From: Stramenopiles sp. TOSAG23-6
Lineage: Eukaryota
Direction: 5' to 3'
NCBI GenBank assembly: GCA_900128565.1
Contig: LT635930.1
Location: 1-44,021, forward strand
DNA length: 44,021 bases
Shown here: positions 32,001 to 43,300 of the stretch, piece by piece
Position numbering within the stretch: position 1 is the stretch's first letter
Layout of the letters: each line of letters opens with the position of its first letter
The notes under the pieces: generated by a model
Told to the model about the DNA's origin: nothing
What the model saw: the letters and a program-made list of their open reading frames with translations, nothing else
Database searches by the model: none
Translations under genes and position numbers: made by a program

Positions 32001-35000
32001 TCATAATGTGTCAAATCGCGAATTGCTACATGTAAAATGGAACCAGTGCGATCTTTAGGATCATTCCAATAAACGTCGGCTCCAGCTTTAATTAGAGCGT
32101 CGTATATATCTACATCTAAAACCGGAAACAAATTTAACTTAAAAAATTTGAACAATAATCGATTTAACCAATTTTGTAACTCTTTTTTCTTTTCCAAACG
32201 CCAATCTCTCTTTTTATTCGCTTTATTCGGTTTTGGATTTTGAGATTTTTCTTTAGGAGTTATTTTTGATTTTTTAACATTTTCGTCATCACTATCACTA
32301 TCACTGTCACTGTCACTGCTGCTCGAATCAGCAATTCGATCTAAAGTTGGCATTTCGGAACTATCAGAATTACAATCAAAATCAGAATCGCTATTCACTG
32401 CGACTAAATCAGGTATTGAATCTGAATCACTATCACTTTCTTTATCAATTGTTTTACTTTTCTTTGCCTTTTTTGAAGAAGGTTTTTCAACATTTCTTTC
32501 TTCATCTTCATCTTCATCTTCGGGTATTTCAGGATCAATGTAATCAAAAGGATAAAACTTCATAAAAACATGGACAAATTCAAGAACATCAAACGCTTTC
32601 GACAATATTTCCTCTACTACCAAGCCTTTAAAACGACCAGTAGAAAAACGAACTGATTTTGGAGAACCTTGAGATTCAGAATAACATTGAAAAAATTTTA
32701 AAATTTCTGAAAAAGTATCATCTAAGATACATTGAAAATTTGCCCTGCCATCATTATTTTCAATTCCGAACTGCCAAACAAATTTATCTATAGTAGAAAT
32801 ATATTGATCTTCACCAAGAAGGAGTATACAAGCGTAATTAAAGAAGAACGTTTTCGCGCCTACTAAATATGTTTCCAACCAATACTGAAAAACGACAGTC
32901 GACAATTCCGATGATTGAAATATTCCTCTAACAAAATCACCTATTTTCGGAAACTCGGGAGCGATTGCAGTAGTATATATTTTTAAATCTTCTTCTTGTT
33001 TTTTGCCATCTTTAGGCCACATTGAACACGAGTCGTTGTATGCTCTTTTAATTTCGAAATCAGATTCCAGAGACTGATGGTCAAGGGAGAAATGATTAAA
33101 AGGCTGTAAAGATCTCTCTCGTATCTCAAAAAGGTGTTGATATACTGCATGAGATTCTTGGTTTATTGTTTTGTTTTCATGACTCGAAGCTGATTCATAA
33201 ACAAAACAGATGACATTAGTAATACTTGAAATTGATTTAGCAACATATTCACCTTTTACTTTATGTGCACGATTGATAAGTACATCTACGGACGGAAACT
33301 TTGGAAACGATTCATTTAAGATAGCGTTACTGATTATTCCTTTCAACTCTTCACCTGTTGCTAAAAATTGAGCCCAAACCCAATTTTTATCGATAACATT
33401 TGAAAATGCCATGTTGTCAACTGCGACTAAATATGTTTCGTACAATGTAGTATCTTTCACGATGTCTAAAGCGGTTGGTTTTTCTTTTGGTTGTACTTTA
33501 GGTTGTGACTTTTTCGTTTTCTTTTTCTTCGTATTACTTTTTAAATGAGCAAATTCGTCATCATCTGAACTTTCAGATGCACTTGCTATAGGGATAAGAC
33601 ATGGTATACTATCATCACTATCACTATCACTATCCGAATGTATAGGTTGTAGCTTTGGCATATCATCACTATCACTATCACTATCACTATCTGAATTCAT
33701 AGGTTGTAACTTTGGCATATCATCACTATCACTATCTGAATGTAAATGTTGTAGCTTTGGCATATCATCACTATCATTACCAGTGTCTTGTTTAATTTCA
33801 TCTTGTATTTGCATATCGTCAAAATCATCAGGTAATTTATGAAATGTCATTCGTGCTAACATTTCATTCAAAAGTGTATAATGCTTAGTGTAATGGTCAT
33901 GAATTTGCTTCTCTTCTATTTTTTTAACTTTTTCACTTTTATCAAACCAGGAATTGATTACAGATTTATTGTTTTCTATTTCGACAGTGAGTAAGATACA
34001 ATCCAGTGATCGATTACAATCTTCTGCCGACCATTTCATTCTCAATAAATCAGAAGCATTCAGTTCTGTTGTCCAAAGAATACGCCTAGGGTTGCAGCAC
34101 TCGCAAGAATTCTCAAAGTAATCCAAAATAACATCCTTATAAATTTCTACATGACCATCTGACGAGACTTCGCTTGAACAGATTCCAAACATTCTCATCG
34201 AAACGGTCGAATTTACTAATGTCTTACGATCATAATCATGTATTGTGAAAAATAATTGTAGAATTATTTTTGTTAGGTACGGAATTTCATAAGAAAAAAT
34301 ATTAGATAAAACATTCAATTGTAAAAACATACATGGCTTTCCAATGATATAGAGATTTTACGATTTAGGTCTCCACCGAAAAAAGAAGAAATTTCAAAAT
34401 ACTCATCATCCTCAGGTTCGTCTTCATTTGAGTATGAATAGCTAATTTTCAAACTCCAAGTTGAACAATCTGAAGCAATTATGTTACTAAAGGTTAATTT
34501 GAACTCGTAATCTAAAACATCTCCATCTTCTTCAACTGTCTTTGAGTCTGCTAATTTTTTTATACTAAAATATTGTTTTAGAATTATTCGTTCACTAAAG
34601 ACATCCTTAGGTGATGCATATCGTCGAAAGTCCTTTTCTTTTAATCTTTCTAGAGCATTGCCTAGCGAAAGTTTTAATTCTGGATAAAAACAAGAGGTAT
34701 TATCGTGTACACTATCTTTTAGTTTTGGTACAATCATATCGTTGAAAAGTTGCAATACATCAATATCACCTTGATCGGCAGCTTCTACTAAAATGTTCCA
34801 AAATAATCCACCCAACGTACTAAAATCTGTTTTTTTACAATTCTTTCTAAAATATTCTATAACACGTTTTATACCATATTTGCTACCCGCTGGATGCGGA
34901 CCTAATTTTAAATACGGTACAAAAGAAGTAGTTTGTAACGAATACTCAAGACAATGCATTAGCCATTTTACATCTATACAATCCCAAAATGCTTTTGCAA

Positions 35001-38000
35001 ATGCAATATCACAGCGAGAATAAGTTTCAAAATACAGAGTCTTTACAATATTTGATTTCAGAACATGATCTTCACTAATTTTGATTTTTTTCGTCTTCGT
35101 CTTTGGTGACACCGGAATTGTAGATGGATTGCAATATGAATCAGGTAACACTACTTTTGACTCATTTCGCCAACGAATCCATTCACGTTTAAATCTTTCT
35201 AACTTTTGTACAGCTAATAATTGATCTGGAGAATAATAGCCATATTCGACATATTCCGTGGCAAAACGCCTCATTAATTGATGCATATTGGGGGCATAAT
35301 CTAATGTAATTGTCATTAAATCTGAACGAACGCGTTCAAAATTTTTGATAATTTTGTAAATTTGAAATTTATCTCGTACTTTGGTAATGGGAGAAATGTC
35401 TTTTATCTTAAAAGGACCATTACCATTCTTATAAGGACCAGAAGTATTACCACGAAATATAGGATGATAAGTTGTCACAGTTCCAGGATATTCATTTGAT
35501 CTATTTGATACTAAGGCATCTATAAGATTACGGGTCTTCTGTGACTTGATGAGACGCCACTCGACTTCTTTATCTACTATATTTCGACATTCCGCTTCAG
35601 CGACAACGCGCATTTTCCAGTGAGATGTACTTGTTTTTATATCGTTTTTATTTATACGAGTTCGCATCACAGCATCAATCATAAATTCAGGCATATTTTT
35701 GGGCGCAATTTCTGTCGTCACTATGCAGAGTTGCCATACAATATCGCCATTATTTTTTACAATTGGTCGAATCACAGGACAATCATAATGTGTAATCAAA
35801 TCTTCATCTCCCACAAGAGTAGTCGTATCCTCACCAATATAAGTAGGTAGTCTCAGATCAGTCAGTTTAATGTTTGATCTTATATAGGCACCACTAACAG
35901 AAACATTATCATCATACCAATTAACTACAAACGAATCACTTTGATTTTCGAAATCAAGTTTATCCGAGGTTTTTCTACGAGCAGATAACCACAAAAAATT
36001 CTCACAATCAGGATTGTATCCCTGTCCATGCAATAATAAAAGAGTACCCATATGTTTTGGCGTTTCCACTACAAATTTCGACATAATCGACAGAACACTT
36101 TCAAATCGATTCAAGCACAATGTTTCACTACAACCATATTTTTTACCACATTCATAGACACACCCTTCGATATTCGTTTTTTTCCCAATATTTTTCACAG
36201 TAGAAACAAGACCAGAAATACTTTTCATCGCCGTAGAAAAAATACCAGAATCTTTCTTTGAGTTTTTATTAATCAACACACATGTCTTTTCATGATTTTT
36301 CACATTTTCATACAGACCAAAATAGCCACATTTTGCAGTACAACAAAAACGTTTGGAAAATTTTGCCTCTGATATAACGATTGTTTTACTAGGGTTCGGA
36401 CCACCAACTTTTTTATTCTTTTTTATTTCACCACTTTTGAGTAATTCAACTTTATATTTGTTCTTCTCGGTGTTAAATGAAAGAATTTTACCAGCAGTTC
36501 CATGTATGATGAAAAGATATTTCAAAAAAAAAACTAAAATTTGTTAGGTACAAAATTTCATACAAAAAAACATGTAGACAAAAAATTGAAATGAAAACGT
36601 ACATTGTACTTTAACGCTTTTGGATTTTTCAAACCATTAATCAAAATTATATCACCAACGTAAATTGTTTCATCGACTGGTTCACATTTAATTTTTTCTA
36701 TTTCAGCAACTTTTATATTCGATGATTTATTCGATGATCCATTTAGAGACGTTTCAATAGTATCTGGAGAAGTTGAACGAGAGCTCGATTTAGGGTTAGG
36801 GTTAGTGTTTTGTTCTTTTGAATCTTTTGAATCTTTTGATGTATTGATTTGTGATGAAGATTTGGCGTCATCTTTATTTTTCTTCTTTTTCTTCTTTTTC
36901 TTCTTCTTCGACTTTTTCGCAACATTTGTAGACGTCTGCGCATTAGTCTTAGGGTTCGAACGAGAATTTGCTTTTTCAACTTTCTCCGATGTAGACTTAC
37001 TCTCATTTCTTGCTTGTTTTAGGCGAGCTATTTTCGCAGCATGTTCTTCAATAATTGCAGCTTCCTTCAATTGTTGCTCTCGTACAACTCTTTCCTCATC
37101 TGCAGCGATTTTAGCGACTCTTTTTTGCTCTTCCAAGATTTGTTTTTCTTTCTGAATTCTTCGTAATTCTTTTTCTTTTGCAATTTCAGCAGCCTTGAGA
37201 CGTTTTTCTTCGGCAAGCTTCTCCTGTTCAATACGTCTTTGTTCCTCATTCTTTTCCCTTAAACGCTTTTCTTCAGCAAGTTTCTCCTGGTCTCTTTTTC
37301 GTTGCAACTCTTTATTTTCCTTCATACGCTTCTTTGCAGCAAACTTTTCCTCTGCCTTACGACGCGCTAATTCTTTCTGTTTTCTCTTATCTCACTTAGC
37401 TATTTTGGTTTTGAACGTAAAGTGGAAGCTAGCATTGTATTGTTCTTGTGTTGTTTGATTTTACACGTTTCTCTTCAGCAAGCTTAGTCGCAATTTCCCT
37501 TTCACGCTTAAGTAAGGCTTCCACTTTTCGTCGTTCTTCATCAAGTTTCTCTTCCTGTACATTGCGATTGGCGATATTAGAGTGTGACATAGTCTCAAGC
37601 TGAGATGGCTGAGGTTCGAGCATGCCTAGTGCCTGTGTGAGCGTCAACACACCCTGCTGCACCAAATCGCGCAGGTCATTGGTCAAGGCACTCATCCCTT
37701 TCGAAGCAACTGTGCGATAAAACTGCTGGTCTACTTCTGGTTGAATAGCACTATCTGAACGTTCGAATGGGTCATTAATCACGGTCTCCGTTCCACTGGA
37801 AGCGACTCTGCTGTACGACTGCTGGTTCAAGGAAACCCTTGGCTGGTTTACTTCAGGTTGAATAGTACTATCTGAACGTTCGCGCGTGTCATCAGTCAAG
37901 GCACCTATTCCATTGGAAGGAACAGCGCGATGAAACCGTTGCTTTACTTGTCGAACGACAATGTCTGGACGTGGATTTCTGCATACTCTGCAAATTATAC

Positions 38001-38058
38001 ACTTATCAGCCCCGTCTGAAACATTTTTGATATAGCATACACGACAAGTCCAAGTCAT
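23033..38058 (-). CDS. Giant TRANK1-like UvrD/SF1 helicase with ankyrin and TPR-like repeats; exons 38058-37465, 37388-36603, 36501-34333, 34237-30486, 30389-23033 (~4,885 aa)
   Basis: GRSGTGKT, YVDEVQD, GDTAQSI, NYRSHSGI, EAKGLEFDDV and LYVAITRAR. Ankyrin-like TPLHAA and GSILHVA, IQ-like AARTIQQYWR, N-terminal RanBP2-like WTCRVC...CIIC. Four ORFs join in frame (14,658 nt). Inclusion of the first exon is least certain. Confidence 0.82.
30390..30485 (-). other. GT-AT intron, family member (96 nt, in frame)
   Basis: GATAT|GTACGT...CGAAAATACAT|G. Core partly masked by Ns. Read through in the ORF track as YVVIINF...RKYM. Confidence 0.8.
33597..33776 (-). repeat. Coding tandem repeat (SD)nDMPKLQ x3-4
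   Basis: Near-identical units containing CTTTGGCATATCATCACTATCA and ATCACT hexamer runs. Confidence 0.85.
34238..34332 (-). other. GT-AT intron, family member (95 nt)
   Basis: CCAT|GTATGT...GTACCTAAC...CACAATACAT|GAT; joins the 736-aa and 3765-aa ORFs. Confidence 0.85.
36502..36602 (-). other. GT-AT intron, family member (101 nt)
   Basis: CAAT|GTACGT...GTACCTAAC...CATCATACAT|GGA; gives GLKNPKALKYN|GTAGKILSF. Confidence 0.85.
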
Positions 38059-38214
38059 GACTAAACTTTGACCATGTGGCGACGCAAAAGTTAGTAGTTT
38101 TAGTCAACTGCTACAATATAAATTCCCACTTTACGTGTAAAATCAAACAACACAAGAACAATACAATGCTAGCTTCCACTTTACGTTCAAAACCAAAATA
38201 GCTAAGTGAGATAA
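37387..38214. repeat. Perfect 82-bp inverted repeat: 37387-37468 and 38133-38214
   Basis: Checked block by block; 82/82 identical in reverse complement. Confidence 0.95.
37389..37464 (-). other. Probable non-family intron (GT...AT, 76 nt; or GT...AG to 37386, 79 nt)
   Basis: CGT|GTAAAA...GTGAGAT|AAG. Contains stops in both flanking frames; both candidate ends are in frame. Confidence 0.5.
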
Positions 38215-38425
38215 AGGTCAGACAAACCAATCCTACAAGTTTGGTAGCTGCGAAGAAACGATGATGATAGTGTTTCTGGCCATGCGCGGTCACTTGAGTC
38301 AGGCAGATCGCATCATAAATCAAATGTTACCGGGTAATCTAATGGCCAATCAAAAATCTTTCATTTCTTGACTCATTCATGATATAAATAATATCTTGTG
38401 CGAAAAGATGGTCATTTTAGTCTAA

Positions 38426-40268
38426 ATGGCTTCGTCACCAGTGACCAGCGATATGAAGCTGAGGCCATCTCATGCAGAAAAAGCTTTGACATTTTATGAA
38501 GCTGTGGCCAAAGTTGTTGCTTTACGTCTTGAGGATAAAAATGCTGAAGAAAAAGAAGAAACTTGTTCTTTAGGTGTTTTCATCCCTGATCTGGCAAATT
38601 GTATTTTTACAGGTCACACAAATACAGACATGGATTCCATAGCGTCAGCAATTGCAGCTGCACATCTATATCCTGGGGGTATTGCTGCCCGAAGTAGTGA
38701 CATCAACTCTGAAACTGAGTTTTGTCTGAAACGTTGGGTAAGTCAAAACATACTAACACTCTCTTGTTTACTTCACTAATTGTTTTTTTTTTCTGTTGTA
38801 CACCATATTATTAAAACCAACTCATTTAAACTCTGCAAACATTTACATTACAGGATATACCAATGCCTATTCCGTTTATTGAAGCTTTGGATGCTCAAAG
38901 GAAGCAGAATGCAATTATCAACATGGAAAATTCACCTGAACATACAAGCCGTGTCTGCTTAGTTGACCACAACCAAATTACGCAAAGTCCTGCTCAATTA
39001 GAAGAGAGTTTTGTTGTAGGAATAATAGATCATCATGCTATGCAAAAAAAAACTATATGTACAGATAAACCTGTGTTTGTTGATATTCGCCCTTGGGGCT
39101 CCGCATGTAGTATGTATGTTTAATTTTTTTTTAATTTCAATTTTTTTTTCGTACGAAATTTTGTACCTAACAAAAATTAATTTTTTTTTTGAAATATTTC
39201 TCCAAAATAAATTATTACAAGTCAGTATTTAAATCAGAGTAAGCAAATCCCAAAAAAGTATACTATATTTATTTCAAGCAATACCGCAATATATAGGCCC
39301 TACTACAATTTTACACCCTTTTATACTAACCTATTTTTCATTGAACACACATTTGACATATATTACAAATAATAAAATTGCAGGTATGCTATTATCTGGA
39401 ATTCTCTCGGATACATTAAACCTTCAGTCTCCAACAACAACAAATCATGATCGTCTTGCAGTTGCAACTTTAGCTTCTATTGCTGGTGTTGATGACATCA
39501 ATACACTTGCAATTGAGCAGTTTCGTGCGAAAAGTACGAGTTTAGCTTCGCTCTCTGCATATCAAATTGTATGCGGTGATCGAAAGATATTTGATTGTGG
39601 TGGTGAAATTATGGCATTTGGAACTTGTGAATTTTACGGTGGTATGAATTCTCTTTTAGGACGCATTTCAGAATTTATGTATTTTTTATTTTTTTTCAAA
39701 TTTGATTTTTTTTTCGTACGAAATTTTGTACCTAACAATTTTTTTTTTTAATATTTTTCCAAAATACATACATGAACTGCGAGCATTGACAAAGGAAGAA
39801 AAACTGCGGTATAATTTCTTGACACTAGTTGATATAGAAAATATGCATTCCATTTTAGTTATGCCAACTATGGCCGAAGTTTTACTTGCCAGATGTGCCT
39901 TCAAAACAACTAATAAAGATAATAAAAACATAGAACCTTTACACTATAGTGGAGTTTTCGAATCCTTACAAGAGATCAAGAAAATCGAAAATGAAGTTCA
40001 AAATGCAGGTGTCCTTGATCTAGGAAATCGTGTTTCAAGAAAACATGATTTTATTCCACCATTAGCTGCGGCTATTAATGATGGTTTCGTACTACCCGAT
40101 GATGTTAAAAAGAGTATTAGTGATGAAGAAGAAACTGCTGAATATGGACCTGTTGTTTTAGCTTGTGGCGAACATGTATGTGGTCTTCAAAGAATAAGTA
40201 TGAAAGGACTAGGCCTTGGAGTATTGGCGTGTATTCGACTATCAGAATGTGTAGGTCATTGTCATTAA
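38426..40268 (+). CDS. Family II (DHH/DHHA2) Mn-dependent inorganic pyrophosphatase, PpaC-like; exons 38426-38737, 38854-39113, 39213-39257, 39376-39678, 39770-40268 (~472 aa)
   Basis: GHTNTDMDS, LVDHN, IIDHH, RPWGSACSII, IAGMLLSGILSDTL...SPTTT and VSRK..FIPPL. Confidence 0.88.
38738..38853 (+). other. Canonical GT-AG intron (116 nt)
   Basis: TGG|GTAAGT...TTACAG|GAT, in frame. Confidence 0.88.
39114..39212 (+). other. GT-AT intron, family member (99 nt)
   Basis: AGTAT|GTATGT...GTACGAAATTTTGTACCTAAC...AAAATAAAT|T; gives GSACSIITSQY. Confidence 0.87.
39258..39375 (+). other. Non-family non-canonical intron, probably GT-AA (118 nt); GT-AT alternative ending 39363
   Basis: AAAA|GTATAC...TACTAAC...AATAATAA|A ATT GCA gives QIPKKIAG. 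The nearby CAG (39381-39383) is out of frame. Confidence 0.65.
39679..39769 (+). other. GT-AT intron, family member (91 nt)
   Basis: TTTAT|GTATTT...GTACGAAATTTTGTACCTAAC...AAAATACAT|A. No AG inside. Gives SEFIHELRAL. Confidence 0.87.
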
Positions 40269-40301
40269 TTGTTTATAAATTTAAATTTAAATGTTTTATT
40301 T

Positions 40302-43300
40302 TTATTGCGTTTTAACAAGCATTTGTAAGACATTCTCTTCATGAACGCCATGAAAATGTAAGGATTGGCGGTCTTCCATTTGTCGTCCACCAAAAATTAA
40401 AAGTACGCGATTTGCCTCAACACCTTCAAGCCGTGCAATCTTTTCCTTTACTTGTTGGACTAAGTCACTCGTCAAACATAATACAGAAATGAAAGTACCA
40501 TCTATTCGTTTGATTTGTAAGCGAATTTGTCCCAGTATATCAGATTGAGAAAGTGACATATTTCCCATACTACTATTTATAGAAAATTGAGACTCTCCAA
40601 TACCTAACATTTGATTATTGATATTTTCGTTTACTGATAACTTTTGTATTCCAGGTAACAGTATTCGTCTATGTACAGGTCTAATTTTCATTTCTTCCAT
40701 ATCTTCAGTGGTAATTAAAGAACAAGCAGAAAGTGTATCAAAACCTTCATGCTCAAAAGCTTTCGTGACATAACAAACAATGCGATCATGAAGGCCAAGG
40801 CTTGAAATCCAACGTACGACACGATTCTCTCTATCCAAATTTGCAATATCAAGACTTAATGTAGTGTTATCTTTTGTACTATTACTAGGAGATGCGTTTA
40901 ACTGTGGGGGTGGGGGTACATCATATATTTCACAAGAATCTCCTTTTTCATATAGTGAAACGGCACCAACATAAGACTCACCTCTAGGCAAATCTGCCCA
41001 GGCAACACCTTGATCTACACCATTCAAATAAAAGCGAAGTGTTCCCATTGTTGCATCTAATTCAACATCGACCACACTTTCAGATTCTACGAAACGATCA
41101 CCATACAAATCTGAAGCTGGTCCTCCATGACCTTTCTTACCATTTGATTGATAATATCCCCAACCTTTATCAGTCTTATTAACATAACTATCAATCTCAA
41201 CATCACGTAGACATACACCAACAGTTGCTTTTGTCCCTTTTTTAAGTATGAAACTCCATTGAGCTTTGCCAGCATTTACAACAGGTCCAATTAAGACAAT
41301 TCCATTGTCCCAACTAGTTGCTGATTTTTTAATTTTAATTTGATTGTCTTTTCCTCGTTCTACTTTAGTAGAAGCTCCCCTATCAACTACCGTTGGAGCC
41401 CACACCTTTGTATGCGCCGTTGTTGCTCGTACTATTAGCTCTTTTTCCCTCGCTGCAGCTTCTAAACCTTGGTTCAAATCGCATTCCTTATCTAATTGAC
41501 GTTTTGTAGCTGCTGGTGACTTCAGACCTTCAAGAATACCAGGAAAAGGACGACCACTAGCGACTGTAACACATTTCAGAATACTCACGCCATCACCATG
41601 GCCATACAGAGAAAATGCACCAGTAAATCCATTGTTTTTACCCACGGGAAGTTTCAAATCTGACCACGCTACACCTTGATCTACACCATTCAAATAAAAG
41701 CGAAGTGTTCCCATTGTTGCATCTAATTCAACGTCTATAATACTACCAGCTTCCTTAAATTTTTGACCATATGGTGTACTTGCTGGACCAGCATGTCCTT
41801 TCTTACCATTTGATTGATAATATCCCCATCCTTTATTAGTTTTATTCACATAACTTTTCATATCAACATCACGAAGACACACACCAACAGTAGCTTTCGT
41901 GCCGGAGTCTACTCGAAAACTCCAACGAGCCTTGCCAGTAACTACTACAGGCCCCACAAGTACAAGACCATTTTGCCATCCACTCCCGACTTTTATAACT
42001 GAATGCAAAGCCGGGGAAAACTCGGTTGCAAAAGGTGCCATGCCACTTCGAACGGAAGAAGACATTGCAAGTACAGGACTTTTGCCAAATAATCCAGAAG
42101 TATCTGGGATAACTAAACCATCTGCATGAGATGAAAGACCATGAGCAGCTAATACAGTCACAGCGTCGCCTGCATCAAATAGCGAGACAGCCCCAACAAA
42201 TTGTGCACCTTTAGGCAAATCTGTCCACGCTACACCTTGATCTACACCATTCAAATAAAAGCGAAGTGTTCCCATTGTTGCATCTAATTCAACATCTACA
42301 ACACTTCTACATTCCCGATAACGTTCGCCATACGGTGTGCTTGCCGGGCCTCCGTGGCCTTTCTTACCATTTGATTGATAATATCCCCAACCTTTTTCAG
42401 TCTGATTTACATAACTATCCATATCAACATCACGGAGACATACACCAACAGTTGCCTTCGTTCCCTTCTCAAGACGAAAACTCCACATTGCTTTCCCAGA
42501 AGATACTGGAGCGCCGACAAGTATCATTCCGTTTTCCCAACTACGCGTTGATTTGGAAAGAACGTTTCCAGAAACTTTCGTCGCAGCACCTTTAGCAAAT
42601 ACCAATGAAGCAGCAGCAGATGAGGCTTTTTTATGCTTCTGAACGCTAGAACTTCGACGACGAGCTTTGTTATTGATAACATCTTCGTGCTTTTCATCGT
42701 GAATATTTTGGTGAGGTGATATCAAAGGAGCTACATCTTTTTTTTTTACATCTATAATAGTTACCATATCACCAACATCAAATAATGAAACAGCTCCGAC
42801 AAATTGTGCACCTCTAGGTAAATCTTTCCAAGCTATACCTTGATCTATACCATTCAAATAAAAGCGAAGTGTTCCCATTGTTGCATCTAATTCAACATCT
42901 ATCACACTACCAGGTTCCTTGAATTTTTGACCATATGGTGTACTTGCCGGACCACCATGTCCTTTCTTACCGTTAGATTGATAATATCCCCAGCCTTTAT
43001 TAGTTTTATTAACATAACTATCCATATCAACATCACGAAGACATACACCAACAGTAGCTTTTGTCCCCTTATCAATACGAACTCTCCATTTGGCTTTCCC
43101 CGAAGATACAACTGGTCCAAAAATTACTAAACCATTTTCCCAGCTTCTAGATATTTTTATGAATCCGCTTGCAGGTAAGGCTTCAATTGCTGAACCATGT
43201 GATATAACTAACGCCGCCTCATTTAGATTTTTCATTACGGGTAAAGCAATTGGAACAATTGGAGGGCCATTAGCGTCCCCTATTACAATGTGTTTAGGAG

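Noticed and set aside
36789-36805. TTAGGG x2.5 as an interstitial telomere or promoter
   Set aside because: It lies within an exon, encoding TNPNPK on the minus strand.
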